Below are positions 27,335 to 39,630 of a stretch of DNA of 64,000 bases, piece after piece. Every line of letters begins with the position of its first letter. Positions within the stretch are counted from its first letter, which is position 1. This stretch comes from Octopus sinensis (taxonomy: Eukaryota), in NCBI RefSeq assembly GCF_006345805.1, contig NC_043010.1, positions 68,339,165 to 68,403,164 of the forward strand. Reading direction: 5' to 3'. A program made the position numbers and the translations under genes. Below the pieces are notes generated by a model. That model saw nothing but the letters and a program-made list of their open reading frames with translations. It had not been told where the DNA came from and did not search any database.

Positions 27335-28163
27335 ACATTGTTTTGTCTTGGTATAAAATGATGGGCTACAGCAAATATTCTGGTCAATACCACAGATTTG
27401 CCTGTCAGTTGTTTGACCTTAACCAGTTGATCATGTCCCTTAGTGGCTGACGATATGCGCATCTCTGATCACGAGCAGAAGTAGTGGGGGAGCATCATAG
27501 CCGTGTGTTGAAAAGAATTCTTGGAGGTTTGGATAATTCATCTTTGGAAACATGGGTGGTTTGTTCAACAACCTTAAACAATCCTTATTCAGGGACCTTT
27601 TGAGCGGGATGGGCTACTTGACCAGAAGAAAATTCTAACTGGGCCCCACCTGCAAGGTCATGTGCTGTTTATCTTGATATGAGATCACTATAAAAGATGG
27701 GCTACAGCAAATATTCTGCTCAATACCACAGATTTGCTTGTCAGTTGTTTGACCGTAACCAGTTGAGCATGTCCCTTAGTGGCTGACGATATGTGCATCT
27801 CTGATCACGAGCAGAAGTAGTGGGGGAGCATCATAGCCATGTGTTGAGAGGGATTCTTTTTGGGGTTTGAATAGTTCACCTCTGGAAACATGGGTGGTTC
27901 TTTCAACATCCTTAAACAACCCTTATTCAGGGACCGTTTGAGCGGGATGGGCTACTCAACCTGAAGAAAATTCTAACTGGGCCCCACCTGCAAGGTCATG
28001 TGCTGTTTATCTTCATATGAGATCATCATGTCGCGCACATATGGTTGTGATGCACGTGCCTGGTGTACCTTTATCAGACGGGTAGTCATGATGGGTATAT
28101 TGGGCTTCGTATATTTACCACCCCCGTGTCACTTTGATGGCATGAACTGCTCTCTCACTCAAT
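27335..28163. repeat. Family H, tandem partial duplication (two copies)
   Basis: Sequence restarts at tataaaagatgggctacagcaaatattctg at about 27689 and ends at (AAT)n. Confidence 0.88.
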
Positions 28164-28168
28164 ATAAA

Positions 28169-28199
<31 letters not shown>

Positions 28200-28574
28200 C
28201 TCCCATTTAAGAGATTTCTGTTCATTCTGTGTGTAAGATATTGCTGTCGACACATGTGGCTAATAGGTAAGTCGGTTCTGGTACGAGACACACAAAGAAG
28301 ATACGATAAATGGTATAAAGGAAAGACATCCCACGCAACTAATAATTGTTATAGGAAGGAAAGTCAAGTGTACGGATTCAATTTATGATCTATTTTCGGT
28401 TTTCGTCGCTTTGTCTCTCTCTATACTTAGATCTCAACTTGCTTTTTGTCTTTATCATTGCCTTCCTCTCCTCTTTTTACTCCTCTTTTCTTTTCTTCGC
28501 TTTTTCCCTATTTCTCTCTTTCTCGCTCTCGTCTCTTCCTTTAATTTTTTTTTATCTATCTCTGTATAGTTTGT

Positions 28575-29075
28575 ATGTGTATAGATACATACACACACAC
28601 GTATATATATATATATTATACATATACACACATATTTATATACACATACATATATATATACGTATATATATATATATGTGTGTGTATATATATGCATATA
28701 TTTATACATACATATGCTTATATATATGTATATATATATATACATATACACATATATAAACACATATATACATATATAAACACATATATACATATATAAA
28801 CACATATATACATATATATACACATATATACATATATATACACATATATACATATATATATATATACATATATACATATATATATATACACATATATACA
28901 TATATATATATATTCACATATATACATATATATATTCACATATATACATATATATTCACATATATACATATATATATACATATATACACACATATACACA
29001 CATAGATACACACACACATGTACATGTGTGTGTATTTATATATGTATACGCACACACTCACTCATACACACACAT
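28575..29075. repeat. (CATATATA)n-type microsatellite
   Basis: Direct inspection. Confidence 0.9.
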
Positions 29076-29448
29076 CATCATATACATACGTCCAGGCCTT
29101 GACGTATATTCAATTCCTCTGATAGTATTTCGTTCCTATCTTCTATTCATGCCCACCCAGTTCTCTCATACCACTTCCTCTTCCGTTCGTCCTTTCAACA
29201 GCTCGACTGTCTCTCTCTCTCTCAACAATCGTGGCGCCCTAAACACTTCACCGCTCGCCCAATTATTCCTCAACAGGCATATGTTGGCCGCTTGCAACAC
29301 ACTGTCAATCCCCCTCAGCTGATGTTTTGCCGTGCAGGCCCTGATCGATTTCTGCAAACGCTGAAGATAAGCGATGGAACGATCTAGCAAAGAAATGGGC
29401 AGCGGATCTTATCTAAGTACCCGATAAAAAAAAAATTAAACGTATATA

Positions 29449-29611
29449 GGCGCAGGAGTGGCTGTGTGGTAAGTAGCTTGTTTACGAACCACATGGTTCC
29501 GGGTTCAGTCCCACTGCGTGGCTCCTTGGGCAAGTGTCTTCTACTATAGCCTCGGGCCGACCAAAGCCTTGTGAGTGGATTTGGTAGACGGAAAGTGAAA
29601 GAAGCCCGTCG

Positions 29612-29677
<66 letters not shown>

Positions 29678-29746
29678 TGGTATATATATATATATATATA
29701 TTGGTATATATATATATATATATATAATATATATATATAATATTGG

Positions 29747-29795
<49 letters not shown>

Positions 29796-29818
29796 TGGTA
29801 TATATATATATATATTGG

Positions 29819-29873
<55 letters not shown>

Positions 29874-30075
29874 AATGAATGTATGTGTGTGTATATGTTT
29901 GTGTGTTTGTGTTTGTCCCCCTAGCATTGCTTGACGACCGATGCTGGTGTGTTTACCTCCCCGTTACTTAGCGGTTCGGCAAAAGAATAAGTCCCGGGGT
30001 CGAGTTGCTCGATTAAAGGCGGTGCTCCAGCATGGCCGCAGTCAAATGACTGCAACAAGTAAAAGAGTAAAAGAG
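29449..30075 (+). mobile_element. SINE family A with expanded (TA)n spacer
   Basis: Intact head and tail around about 290 bp of microsatellite. Confidence 0.9.
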
Positions 30076-30186
30076 AGAGTACTCCAATGCTCTCGAGGTA
30101 TACGTATCTGTCATTGAATCCCAGTGAGAGAGAGAGAGGGGGGAGAGAGCCTCTGTGCAGTTGCTTTATGTGCTAGAAATAGAAGC

Positions 30187-30595
30187 CAAGGCGGTGAGAT
30201 GGCAGAAACGTTAGCAGACCGATCGAAATGCTTAGCGGTATTTCGTTTGCCGTTCCGTTCTGAGTTCAAATTCTGCCGAGGTCGACTTTGCCTTTCATCC
30301 TTTTGGGGTCGATTAAATAAGTACCAGCTACGCATTGGGGTCGATATAATCGACTTAATCTGATTTTCTGTCCTTGTTTGTCCCCTCTACATTTAGCCCC
30401 TTATGGGTAGTAAAGAAATAGGTATTTCATCTGCCGTTACGTTCTGAGTTCAAATTTCTTTGATTTCATCCTTTTGGGGGTTGATAAATTAAGTGCCAGT
30501 TACGCGCTAGGTTCGATATAATCGTCTTAATCCCTTTGTCTGTTCTTGTTTGTCTCCTCTACATTTGGCCCCTGGTGGGCAAATAAGAAATAAGA
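30187..30595 (+). mobile_element. SINE family C tandem dimer
   Basis: A full copy is followed directly by a 5'-truncated copy. Confidence 0.87.
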
Positions 30596-30847
30596 ATTAG
30601 TAGCCAAGTATTGTTTAAGACACGAAATTTACAAAGTTGCTTTGAGATCAACAACAGAGCTTTGATCTAGTATCTGATACGGTATTCCTGGACTGCATCA
30701 GGTAAATGGTCACTTAGAAAATAGCTACAGACTTCCGTTTCAGACAATCCTGAAGCATTCTTCGATTTGACTGCTATTCACATCAGTAGGAAAAAATATG
30801 GTTTCTAGACTACCGGAAATGATATTTGGCTCAATGGAACAATGATG

Positions 30848-31373
30848 GTGGCTGTGTGGTAAGTAGCTTGCTTACCAAGCACATTGTTCCGGGTTCAGTC
30901 CCACTGCATGGCACCTTGTGCAAATGTCTTCTACCTTAGCCTCGGGCCGACCAAAGCCTTGTGAGTGGATTTGATAGACGGAAACTGAAAGAAGCCCGTC
31001 GTATGTATGTATGTATGTATGCCAATTTTGTACAAGACATTGTAGATCTTTAGCTGGGCTAAAAAGTCACATTCGATCACAGCACCAGTAACAGTTAAAC
31101 TTCGTGCAATGGCCATGCTCGATAACGAGGGGGCAGCCATAATGTATGTATGTATGTGTGCGTATATGTTTGTGTGTCGGTGTTTGTCCCCCCAACATCG
31201 CTTGACAACCGATGCTGGTGTGTTTACCTCCCCGTAACTTAGCGGTTCGGCAAAAGAGACCGATAGAATAAGTACTAGCCTTCCAAAGAATAAGTCCTGG
31301 AGTCGATTTGCTCGACTAAAAGGCAGTGCTTCACCATGGCCGCAGTCAAATGACTGCAACAAGTAAAAGAGTA
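30848..31373 (+). mobile_element. SINE family A with ~120-bp foreign insert in its spacer
   Basis: Head and tail match family A; 31021-31143 is unrelated and flanked by (TATG)n. Confidence 0.87.
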
Positions 31374-31954
31374 TACAATCAAACTTATACACACACACAC
31401 ACACACACATTCATGCATGCAAACAAATACACCCAACTCCCTTTAAAGGTATACAAATATATACCTAAACTGCCACATGTCCGACACACCTCCATTACCA
31501 CCATCACAATCACCAGCACCCGAGAAAGCTGTTATATGGGACAATCGTTTCGGGTTAATGGTTTTCCGTATCATGCTCGCGGTTTGCTTTCAACGGTTGA
31601 AAAGAATGTCTGAAATTAGCCATTCCAGCGCGTTTATGATGAAGGACCACAACGAATTAGAACTGAAAGGTAGTGAAATAGAGACCCTTGTAATGTGTTC
31701 TGTTGCGTGTTGGTGAGTACGTTGTGTATGTGTTTGTTTGTTTGGGTTTGTTTGTGTCTGTGTCTGTGTGTGTGGGGGGGGAGGTATCTTAGATGTAGGC
31801 TTTAGAACCGGCCCTAATCCCCTATTTCAAACCAATTAATCGCCAATATCTATTGTATAGAGGTTATTGACTTGCATCGGATATTTGGCTAGGTTCACAG
31901 CGCAGTATATGATTTGGTCATTGCATATTTGTATAAATACAATGCTCTCTCTCT

Positions 31955-31986
<32 letters not shown>

Positions 31987-32011
31987 GTATTTATGTATGT
32001 TTGCATGTATG

Positions 32012-32068
<57 letters not shown>

Positions 32069-32081
32069 ATGTGTGTGTGTG

Positions 32082-32875
32082 TGGAGGCACAATGGCCCAG
32101 TGGGTAGAGCAGCGGACTCGCAGTCGTAGGATCGCGGTTTCGATTCCCGGGCGTTGTGTGTGTTTATTGAGCGAAAACACCTAAAAGCTCCACGAGGCTC
32201 TGGCAGGGGGTGGTGATCCCTGCTGTACTCTTTCACCACTCTTTCTCTCTTTCTTCTGTTGCCTGCTCGCTTAGCCAGCGGGGTGGCGTCGTTCGAAGGC
32301 TAAACGTCGAAGGCTACAACATGTGGAGGCGCAATGGCCCATTGGTTAGGCAGCGGACTCGCGGTCATAGGATCGCGGTTTCGATTCCATACGGGCGTGT
32401 GTGAGTGTTTATTGAGCGAAAACACCTAAAGCTCCACGAGGCTCCGGCAGGGGATGGTGTTATCCCTGCTGTACTCTTTTCAAACCTCAACTTTCTTCAC
32501 TGCTATTCACTTCCTGTTGCTGTTGTACCTGTTTGTCAAGGCCGGTCTGTCCACTCTCTGTGTCGCTGATATCCCCAGAACTACGTTAAAGGTACCGTGT
32601 CTGTGGATGCTCGAGCCACTTACCCGTTAATTTTCACAGCGAGGAGCTGTTCCGTTGATCGTCACCGGAACCCTCGCGTCGTAACCGACGGAGTGGCTTC
32701 CACAACAATGCGAACGCATTGTGACCAGCGATGTGTAGATAATGCTATATCTATATATATATATAGAGAGAGAGAGAGAAAGAGAGAGGCTCGCAATAGC
32801 CCAGTGGTTAGGGTAGCGAACTCGCGGTCGTAGGATCGCGGTTTCGATTCCCAGACCTGGCATTGTGAGTGTTAG
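32082..32875 (+). mobile_element. Cluster of three SINE B copies/heads
   Basis: Heads at about 32082, 32323 and 32787. The first has an alternative 3' end; the second is full length. Confidence 0.87.
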
Positions 32876-33093
32876 GGATCTTTCTAGTGTGATGAATCCC
32901 ATGTGTGGATTCCTTATGCGTTTAAATGTTATCTGTATTTTATGAGTAATACATAGTTTTGGGATTAAATTTCTAACCGCTAGGCCACTGGATGGGAAAA
33001 TTTCTATTAATTTCCATTTCTCTTCCCTAAGATTAATATATTATAATACTTATTAATATTATATATATATATATACACTCACATATAACTATA

Positions 33094-33478
33094 TCTTTAT
33101 ATATAAAAGTGAAGTTGTGTGTCTGTCTCCAACGATTTAGATTCCTAACTACTCCCACATTTTGCGGTGCAGTTTAACCAAAACCGGGTATCTTATAGTC
33201 GTGATTCATATTGGAGCCCTTCTGTGTATTAGCATGAGTCTATGATTTAAAAAAAATTTACCATCATTTTTTTTTTCCATTTTAATGCATTTTTTCGCTA
33301 TTATATAAGGGAAAACTCTCATAAACTGTCTACGATGAGTCAAACGATTTAAAAAAAAATATACCATCTTTTTTTCCCATTTTTAATGTTTTTTGCTATT
33401 TTTTGGCTATAACTCCCTAAAAATGCTTATATAGTTATTTCCCTTACAAACCCGAGCAACGCCGGGCGATACTGCTAG
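33094..33478 (+). mobile_element. Non-autonomous Helitron, family F2
   Basis: A|TC start; same 3' terminus caaacccgagcaacgccgggcgatactgCTAG|T as F1; internal tandem duplication. Confidence 0.88.
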
Positions 33479-33509
33479 TACATATATAATTGTACTGTAT
33501 ATAATTGTT

Positions 33510-33735
33510 CCTTCCCGAGCCATGGACTCATAAGGCCGGTTTCCCGTATTCTGTGATGCATGGACGGGAGACCGGTCTGTTGCTCGTTTACTCGATTTTA
33601 CCAGTTGAGAGGACTAGAGCAACATGAAATGAAGTGTTTTGGTCAAGAATACAACACATCACTTGATCTGGGAATAGAAAGAACAATTTAACGCTCATCA
33701 GTGTAAATCTGTTACCACTAAGGCATGCGCTTCCA
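33510..33735 (-). mobile_element. Old tRNA SINE
   Basis: ccagttgagaggactagagcaacatgaaatgaagtg...accactaaggcatgcgcttccac shares its central domain with family G. Confidence 0.6.
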
Positions 33736-34095
33736 CAATATTAGATATAAGAAGTCTGTTGTTTTTTTTTTTTATAAGGAATGGACTGATAATGGTCGAA
33801 TTGTTTTTGATCGTAGTGTTGCATAATCAGTGTTGAACTGACCGAATTTAACTATAACGATTATGTATGGAAAAATGGAGACCACCTCCCCCTGTGGGAT
33901 GAAGTTAAAATAATAGACAGAGAACACCACTGGAAAATACGAAAACTGAAAGAAGCAGCACATATGCTAGGACACAACAACCTCCTAAGCAGACCGAGTG
34001 CAGATATGAATAGCATATGGGAACCGGTATTAAGGAAGGATAAGAAACTATCAGATTTATCAGATTTATAAGACCCTAAAATTCAGTCCGTAATT

Positions 34096-34345
34096 GCCCA
34101 CAGGCATATGGCATAGTGGTTAAGAGCGCAGGCTTCTAACCAAAAGATTCCGAGTTTGATTCCAAGCAGTGACTTGAATAATAATAATAACAGGTTCGAA
34201 ATTTCCCTAAGACACCTGATGAAGGCTGGAGGGTATATCAGCCGAAACGCTGTGTTAACATCAAACAAGATGAGGACAAATATCCTTCAAATGTAAACAA
34301 TGTAAATATTGTAAATAATATACATAATTCCTCATCTCTTAAATG
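34096..34345 (+). mobile_element. SINE family D (internal deletion; HHR reads GAAACGCT)
   Basis: Homology to 21991-22309. Confidence 0.85.
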
Positions 34346-35127
34346 ACAACAAAATCAACATAACTAGTTGTATATTGTGTTGGATACAGACCTATGTATA
34401 AATTAAAATTTGGATTCACAAGTCTTAAGAATCTGCGGTATCTTTCATTGCAATCATATATTCTCCTCTTAATAGCAGGCGTCTGACTGAGCTGCTAACA
34501 GCGCAATACAGCTCATATAACCAGAACAACATCTCTGTATTTACATGAAACAGATGCACAGACTTCTTTAAAAGAATGGCCTCAAACTGATTGCTGAAGA
34601 CTGACTCACCGAGACACCAAAATCACTGGACTGTCTGTTTATGCCTTGTTTCTTTTCTTTCTTTTGTATCCCACAGCTATAATTGCGTCTAACTCCTACC
34701 ACTTAGAAAACCACATTCAGTCAAGCCCTTTGTATGCCTAACCTATCATTTTTTTTCACCATCCCTACTGTGACAGTCTACTCAATCTCGCCCCCCTACA
34801 CAAAACTGTAGTCTTTTGAAATATCTTCCAAACCCACGCGTTATTCTTCTTGTCAACCAACGGCAAACAGAAGCTAATACTGAACGCCCACCTCATAACC
34901 ACACCTAAGAGATCCTGTAGCCGTCATTAGACATCTATTGCTCCACTTATAACTAAAAGCATTTTTTTTTTTTTTTCGTTTTTGGAAATATTTATGATAC
35001 AACATTGATAAACCTTGCTCTCAAGTACTTCCTACGACACAATGCTAGAATATCGAAAGCTTGAATAGGATGTTTCTCGTGCACGTAGGCAAGAATTCAG
35101 TCATAGATATTCGGGGGATATCTATGA

Positions 35128-35358
35128 AAGGCGGCGAGCTGGCAGAAACGTTAGCACACCGGGCGAAATGCGTAGCCGTATTTCGTCTGCCGTAACGTTG
35201 CGAGTTCAAATTCCGCCGAGGTCGACTTTGCCTTTCATCCTTTCGGGGTCGATTAAATAAGTACCAGTTCCGTACTGGGGTCGATATAATCGACTTAATC
35301 TGTTTGTCTGTCATTGTTTGTCCTCTCTGTGTTTAGCCCCCTGTGGGTAGTAAAGAAA
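35128..35358 (+). mobile_element. Full-length SINE family C
   Basis: aaggcggcgagctggcagaaacgttagc head, B-box gagttcaaattcc, Nin-like core. Confidence 0.9.
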
Positions 35359-35494
35359 GAGATATTTGGGGGAATCTTTGTCTCACGACCATACTGGTTC
35401 CTTTTCTCTCGTTCTTCAACCATTCCTACAACAACCTTAGCTCCAACACCCACTAACTTCTACCTACCACACCTAATTAAATGCAGTCAATACT

Positions 35495-35702
35495 ATATTT
35501 ACATTATTTACATTTGACGGATACTTGTCCACTTCCTGTTTGTTGTTAGCACAACGTTTCGGCTGATATACCCTCCTGCCTTCCTCAGTTATTATTATTT
35601 ATTATTATTATTATTATTATTCAGGTCACTGCCTGGAATCGAACTGGGAATCTTTTGGTTAGTAGCCCGCGGTCTTAACCACTACGCCATATGTCCGTGG
35701 GC
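35495..35702 (-). mobile_element. SINE family D, minus strand, internally deleted
   Basis: Reverse complement of the D head, an (ATT)n spacer, and a damaged HHR CTGAGGA...CAGCCGAAACGTT. Confidence 0.85.
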
Positions 35703-36030
35703 AGAAAAGAAGAAAAGAAGAAGAAGAAGAAGAAAAGAAGAAGAACAAGAAGAAGATGGAAAATAATAATAAGAAGAACAAGAACAAGAACAAGAAGAAC
35801 AGGAAGAAGATGGAAAAGAAGAAGAAGAAGAAGAAGAAGAAGAAGAAGAAGATGGAGAAGAAGAAGAAGAAGAAGAAGAAGAAAAAGAAGAAGAAGGAAA
35901 AGAAGGAAAAGAAGAAGGAAAAGAAGAAAAAGAAGAAAGAAAAGAAGAAAAAGAAGATGGAAAAGAAGAAGAAGAAGAAGAAGAAGAAGAAGAAGAAGAA
36001 GAAGAAGAAGAAGAAGAAGAAGAAGAAACA
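35703..36030. repeat. (AAG)n polypurine tract
   Basis: Direct inspection. Confidence 0.95.
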
Positions 36031-36210
36031 ACATCGAAAAATAGCCTAGAAATGAGAACCCAGGTTCGAAATTTCCCCAAGACACCTGATGAAGGCTGGA
36101 GAGTATATCAGCCGAAACGTTGTGTTAACAACAAACAAGGACACATATCCGTCAATTGTAAATAATGTAAATAATGTAAATAATTCCTCATCTCTTAAAT
36201 ATAGAACTGC
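36030..36210 (+). mobile_element. SINE family D body and tail without head
   Basis: catcgaaaaata...gacacctgatgaaggctgg...cttaaatatagaactg. Confidence 0.88.
36081..36126 (+). ncRNA. Minimal hammerhead ribozyme motif (predicted, intact core)
   Basis: gacac-CTGATGA-a-GGCTG(gagagtatat)CAGCC-GAAA-CG-TT-gtgtt. Confidence 0.75.
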
Positions 36211-37120
36211 AATCAATACTGTTATTGTTACCCACTTGTTCTTTCACATCACTCGTGCTTATAACAATATTCCTTTGTTTCTTTCCTACTTGTAATTCTA
36301 TCTTGATAGTCCCTATCCGCATTGCATCCCTTTTATGCACCACATTGTTTCTCCATAATCCGCTCCAGAACTCTTTGGCTTGATTTGCATCAGAAGCAAC
36401 ATTTTCCCCAGTGTCTACTTCTAACGTTCGGAAGAATTGCTTCGGATTATTTTTGAACAATCTGCTTCTATCTGTTCACAAGTCGTCTGATCTTCTGGCT
36501 TTTAGCCATGGTCCTCTGCTCTATTACTGCTCTATTACTGCATCAAACCCGTTCTTCCGTATTTTACATTTCTTATTTCTTCACTTATTGTAACCCCATA
36601 ATTATGATCATCATTATAATTATAATTATTACTATTATATTATTATTATTATTAATTATTATTATTATTATTACTATTACTATTATTACTTGAGATTCAT
36701 CTTTACCATAAAGTTTGAGGTCATCTAGGAAGTGGTTGACTTTTTGTTGGCGACTTTTGAATACATACCCAGTCTCTGCTTTCCTCAGAATCAGTCTTAG
36801 TGGTATCATGCACAGTACAAAGATCAGCGGGGAGAAACAGACCCTCTCCTGATTTCTTTTGTCCCTAAACTTCTATATGCTGTCAGTTCCGTCCTCCACA
36901 TTGCCATACGTTTTCCAAGCAATCACTCAACATTCGATGCAGTACCAGATAGGTTCATACATTCCATAATCCAAGAACGTGGGATCGTATCGTACGCTTT
37001 ACTATAATCGATCTATGACATGGCTAAGTTGATTTTCCTCCTCTTGCAGTCACTAAGTACAGTTTTGTCAATCAGGAGTTTGATCTTTGGTACCTCTGTA
37101 CTTACGCTTGCAACCCTTCT
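36210..37120 (-). mobile_element. R4/Dong-clade RT fragments separated by (ATT)n
   Basis: KGC...RGTKDQ.LIDK...IDY.KAYDTIP.SWI...IRRG..SPLIFVLCMIPL...VNHFLDDLKLYGK (36690-37120), and pre-RT FKNNPKQFFRTL...KEFWSGLW (36210-36600). Confidence 0.85.
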
Positions 37121-37279
37121 GCTCATCATCATCAGCATCATCATTAGTTCAAATTCCACCGGGATCGATAAATTATTAAGTACCAGAGAAACACTGGGTC
37201 GATGTTATCGACTAGTCCCCTCTCCCCAAATTTGAGGCCTTGTTGCCTCCAGTAGAAAGGATTATTATTATTATTATTA

Positions 37280-37312
<33 letters not shown>

Positions 37313-37336
37313 CATCATCATTATTATTATTACTTT

Positions 37337-37630
37337 TGGAGGCGCAATCGCCCAGTGGTTAGGGCAGCGGACTCGCGGGCGGAGGATTGCGGTTTGGATT
37401 CCCAGACAGGGCGTTGTGTGTTTTTAACACCTAAAAGCTCCACGAGGCTCCGACAGGGGTGGTGGCGACTCCTGTTGTACTCTTTCGCCCCAACTTTCAC
37501 TCTTTCTTCCTGTTTCTTGAGTAACGCTGCGATGGACTGGCGTCCCGTCCAGCTGGTGGGAGTGACACATACGCCATAGAAACCGGGAAACCGGGGCCAT
37601 GAGCCTGGCTAGGCTTGAAAAGGGCGCATA
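37337..37630 (+). mobile_element. SINE with family B head and alternative tail
   Basis: B head, then gatggactggcgtcccgtccag...gaaaccgggaaaccgg, a tail related to 55949-56200. Confidence 0.8.
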
Positions 37631-37684
37631 AATAAATTATTTTTATTAGTTCAAATTCCACCGAGGTCGACTTTAAATCTTGGC

Positions 37685-37975
37685 TCACGGTCGTGAGGCC
37701 ATGAGTTCGATTCCTGGCAGCGCGTGGCGTCCTTGCGCAAGTCACTTTATTTCACGTTGTTCCACTCTACTCGGCTGGCAAAATTCAATTGTACCTGTAA
37801 TTCAAAGGGCCAGCCTTCGCACGTTCTGTGTCACGCTGAATCTCCCCGAGAATTGAGTTTAGAGCACACATGTCAGTGAAATGCTCCACTAAAATTGCAC
37901 GTTGATTTAACGAGCAGGGTGTTTCATTGATTTGGATCGACTGGAACCCTCGTCGTCGTAACCGATGGAGTGCCA
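37685..37975 (+). mobile_element. Older SINE with B-type tail
   Basis: gagttcgattcc B-box, gtccttgcgcaagtcactttatttcacgttg core, B tail. Confidence 0.75.
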
Positions 37976-38445
37976 ATAATACAGATAGGAAACAATATAA
38001 CCAATCACAGAGAACGGCGTAGTGTAAGTAAGAAATAGAAGAGAGAAAAAGAGAGATAAGTGAGAAGGAGAGTGACAGAAAGAGTGAGAAAGAGAAGAGT
38101 TAGAGAGAGAGGCAATTCATGTGAGACAGCTTAGTAAGAGGCTACGTATAGACGGGAATCATTAGTCTTTGTGAAAGATGTGCTAAAATCTAGGTTGATT
38201 GACGTTCAAATTTCCTGTTCGTAGGATAAAGCTGCGTGACTAATAGAGCTATATGCGGCCAGTTTCAGATTTCAACACGTTCGTCAGATCTATGAAGCGA
38301 ACCGACGACTCGCCAGGCGCAAAAGGGATTCGTACCTACTAGAACGAGGCACGAATATATATATATATATATATATAAAGAGAGAAAGAGAGAGATAAGA
38401 TATCCCTCCAAACTCACTTTTGTGTGTGTGTGTGTATATACTCTA

Positions 38446-38733
38446 TACTCTTTTACTTGTTTCAGTCATTTGACTGTGACCATGCTGGAGCACTGCCTTT
38501 TAGTCGTGCAAATCGACACACCACCATCGGTTGTCAAGCGATGTTGGAGGACAAACACATACATATATACGACGGGCTTCTTTCAGTTTCCGTCTACCAA
38601 ATCCACTCACAAGGCTTTGGTCGGCCCGATGTTATTATAGAAGACACTTGTCCAAGGTGCCACGCAGTGGGACTGAACTCGGAACCATGTGGTTCGTTAG
38701 CAAGCTACTTACCACACAGCCACTCATACGCCT
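38446..38733 (-). mobile_element. SINE family A with internal deletion
   Basis: Reverse complement of the family A head and tail. Confidence 0.85.
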
Positions 38734-38877
38734 ATACGTATATATATAAAATTAAAAATATTGCATTTATAAATCTCTCAGCACCGCAATAAAATGATGG
38801 TTTGTTGCCAACTTAATGTGGCAGTCCCAGGAAAGGGAAGAATGTTACTACTATTTAGCCCCCAGGAAACACCGTTT

Positions 38878-38918
38878 CCAGACTGATGAAGAGCAATGAC
38901 TCTGAAACTAGTCTCTGG
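38878..38918 (+). ncRNA. Minimal hammerhead ribozyme motif (predicted)
   Basis: ccaga-CTGATGA-AGAG(caatga)CTCT-GAAA-CTAG-TC-tctgg: perfect 5-bp stem I, palindromic stem III ACTAGT, GUC cleavage triplet. Confidence 0.82.
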
Positions 38919-39244
38919 TTGCTGGCTTTGCTGGGTGGAGGTGCTTATCTCCCCTGTTCGAAAACTTATGGACACACAATGATTATGTCACATAGCCAGC
39001 TGGAAACAGTGTCTCTTGGAGATAAAAAGCAGTAACATTCTTCCCTTTCCTGGGACTGCCACATTAAGTTGGCAACAAACCATCACTTTATCGCGGTGCT
39101 ACTGTATAAGTCTCTCTGAGAGATTTAGAAATGCCATAATTCTAATTTTGTAGATCAGTGAATTTATTTCACTTGAAATTCTTTTTCAAGTGAAAAAATT
39201 TTGAAAAGGCGAATAAGTATCGACAGCTAGCAAGCCAAGCTACA

Positions 39245-39285
39245 CCAGACTGATGAAGAGCTATGACTCTGAAATTCGTCTCTGG
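39245..39285 (+). ncRNA. Minimal hammerhead ribozyme motif (predicted)
   Basis: ccaga-CTGATGA-AGAG(ctatga)CTCT-GAAA-TTCG-TC-tctgg. Confidence 0.75.
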
Positions 39286-39397
39286 ATGCTGGCTTTGCTG
39301 AGTGGAGGTGCTTATCTCCTCTGTTTGAAAACTTAAGGACACAGAACCACCACTTAATATATATCTTAGAATGTTTGGAGATGATGTACAGTTATTA

Positions 39398-39566
39398 TAT
39401 ATTAGAAGAAATGAGGTACTCTCAAATGGAGTTGTCAACTCCACTAGAGTGGACGAAAGCGCTAATATATATGATATATGATTTATAAAAACATGTAACA
39501 TACTAATAAATATCTGTAAATATAAACCCATCCAGATTTCTGAGTACCTCATTTCTTCTAATATAT
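39398..39566. repeat. Foldback element with ~24-bp inverted repeats and a half hammerhead
   Basis: tattagaagaaatgaggtactc / gagtacctcatttcttctaata; inside is tccac-taga-gtgga-c-GAAA-GCGC-TA. Confidence 0.7.
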
Positions 39567-39591
39567 ATATGTTATATATATATATATATAA

Positions 39592-39630
<39 letters not shown>

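Larger units (their letters stand above)
38760..39345 (+). mobile_element. PLE pLTR/retrozyme-like locus with inverted and direct repeats
   Basis: 38760-38881 is inverted at 38999-39135; 38878-38975 is directly repeated at 39245-39342, and each direct copy begins with an HHR. Confidence 0.75.

Noticed and set aside
29166-29390. Protein-like 74-aa minus-strand ORF in unique DNA
   Set aside because: No recognisable family and no convincing splice sites; the start is not ATG.
31477-31718. 79-aa ORF ending at a GTGAGT donor-like site
   Set aside because: No homology recognised and no partner exon; one such hexamer is expected by chance.
34345-34950. Possible LINE AP-endonuclease remnant
   Set aside because: Only a weak 'NGLK...LDCL' resemblance across frameshifts; not supportable.
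35691-36049. Protamine-like poly-R/K ORFs
   Set aside because: Translation of the (AAG)n tract between SINE D pieces.
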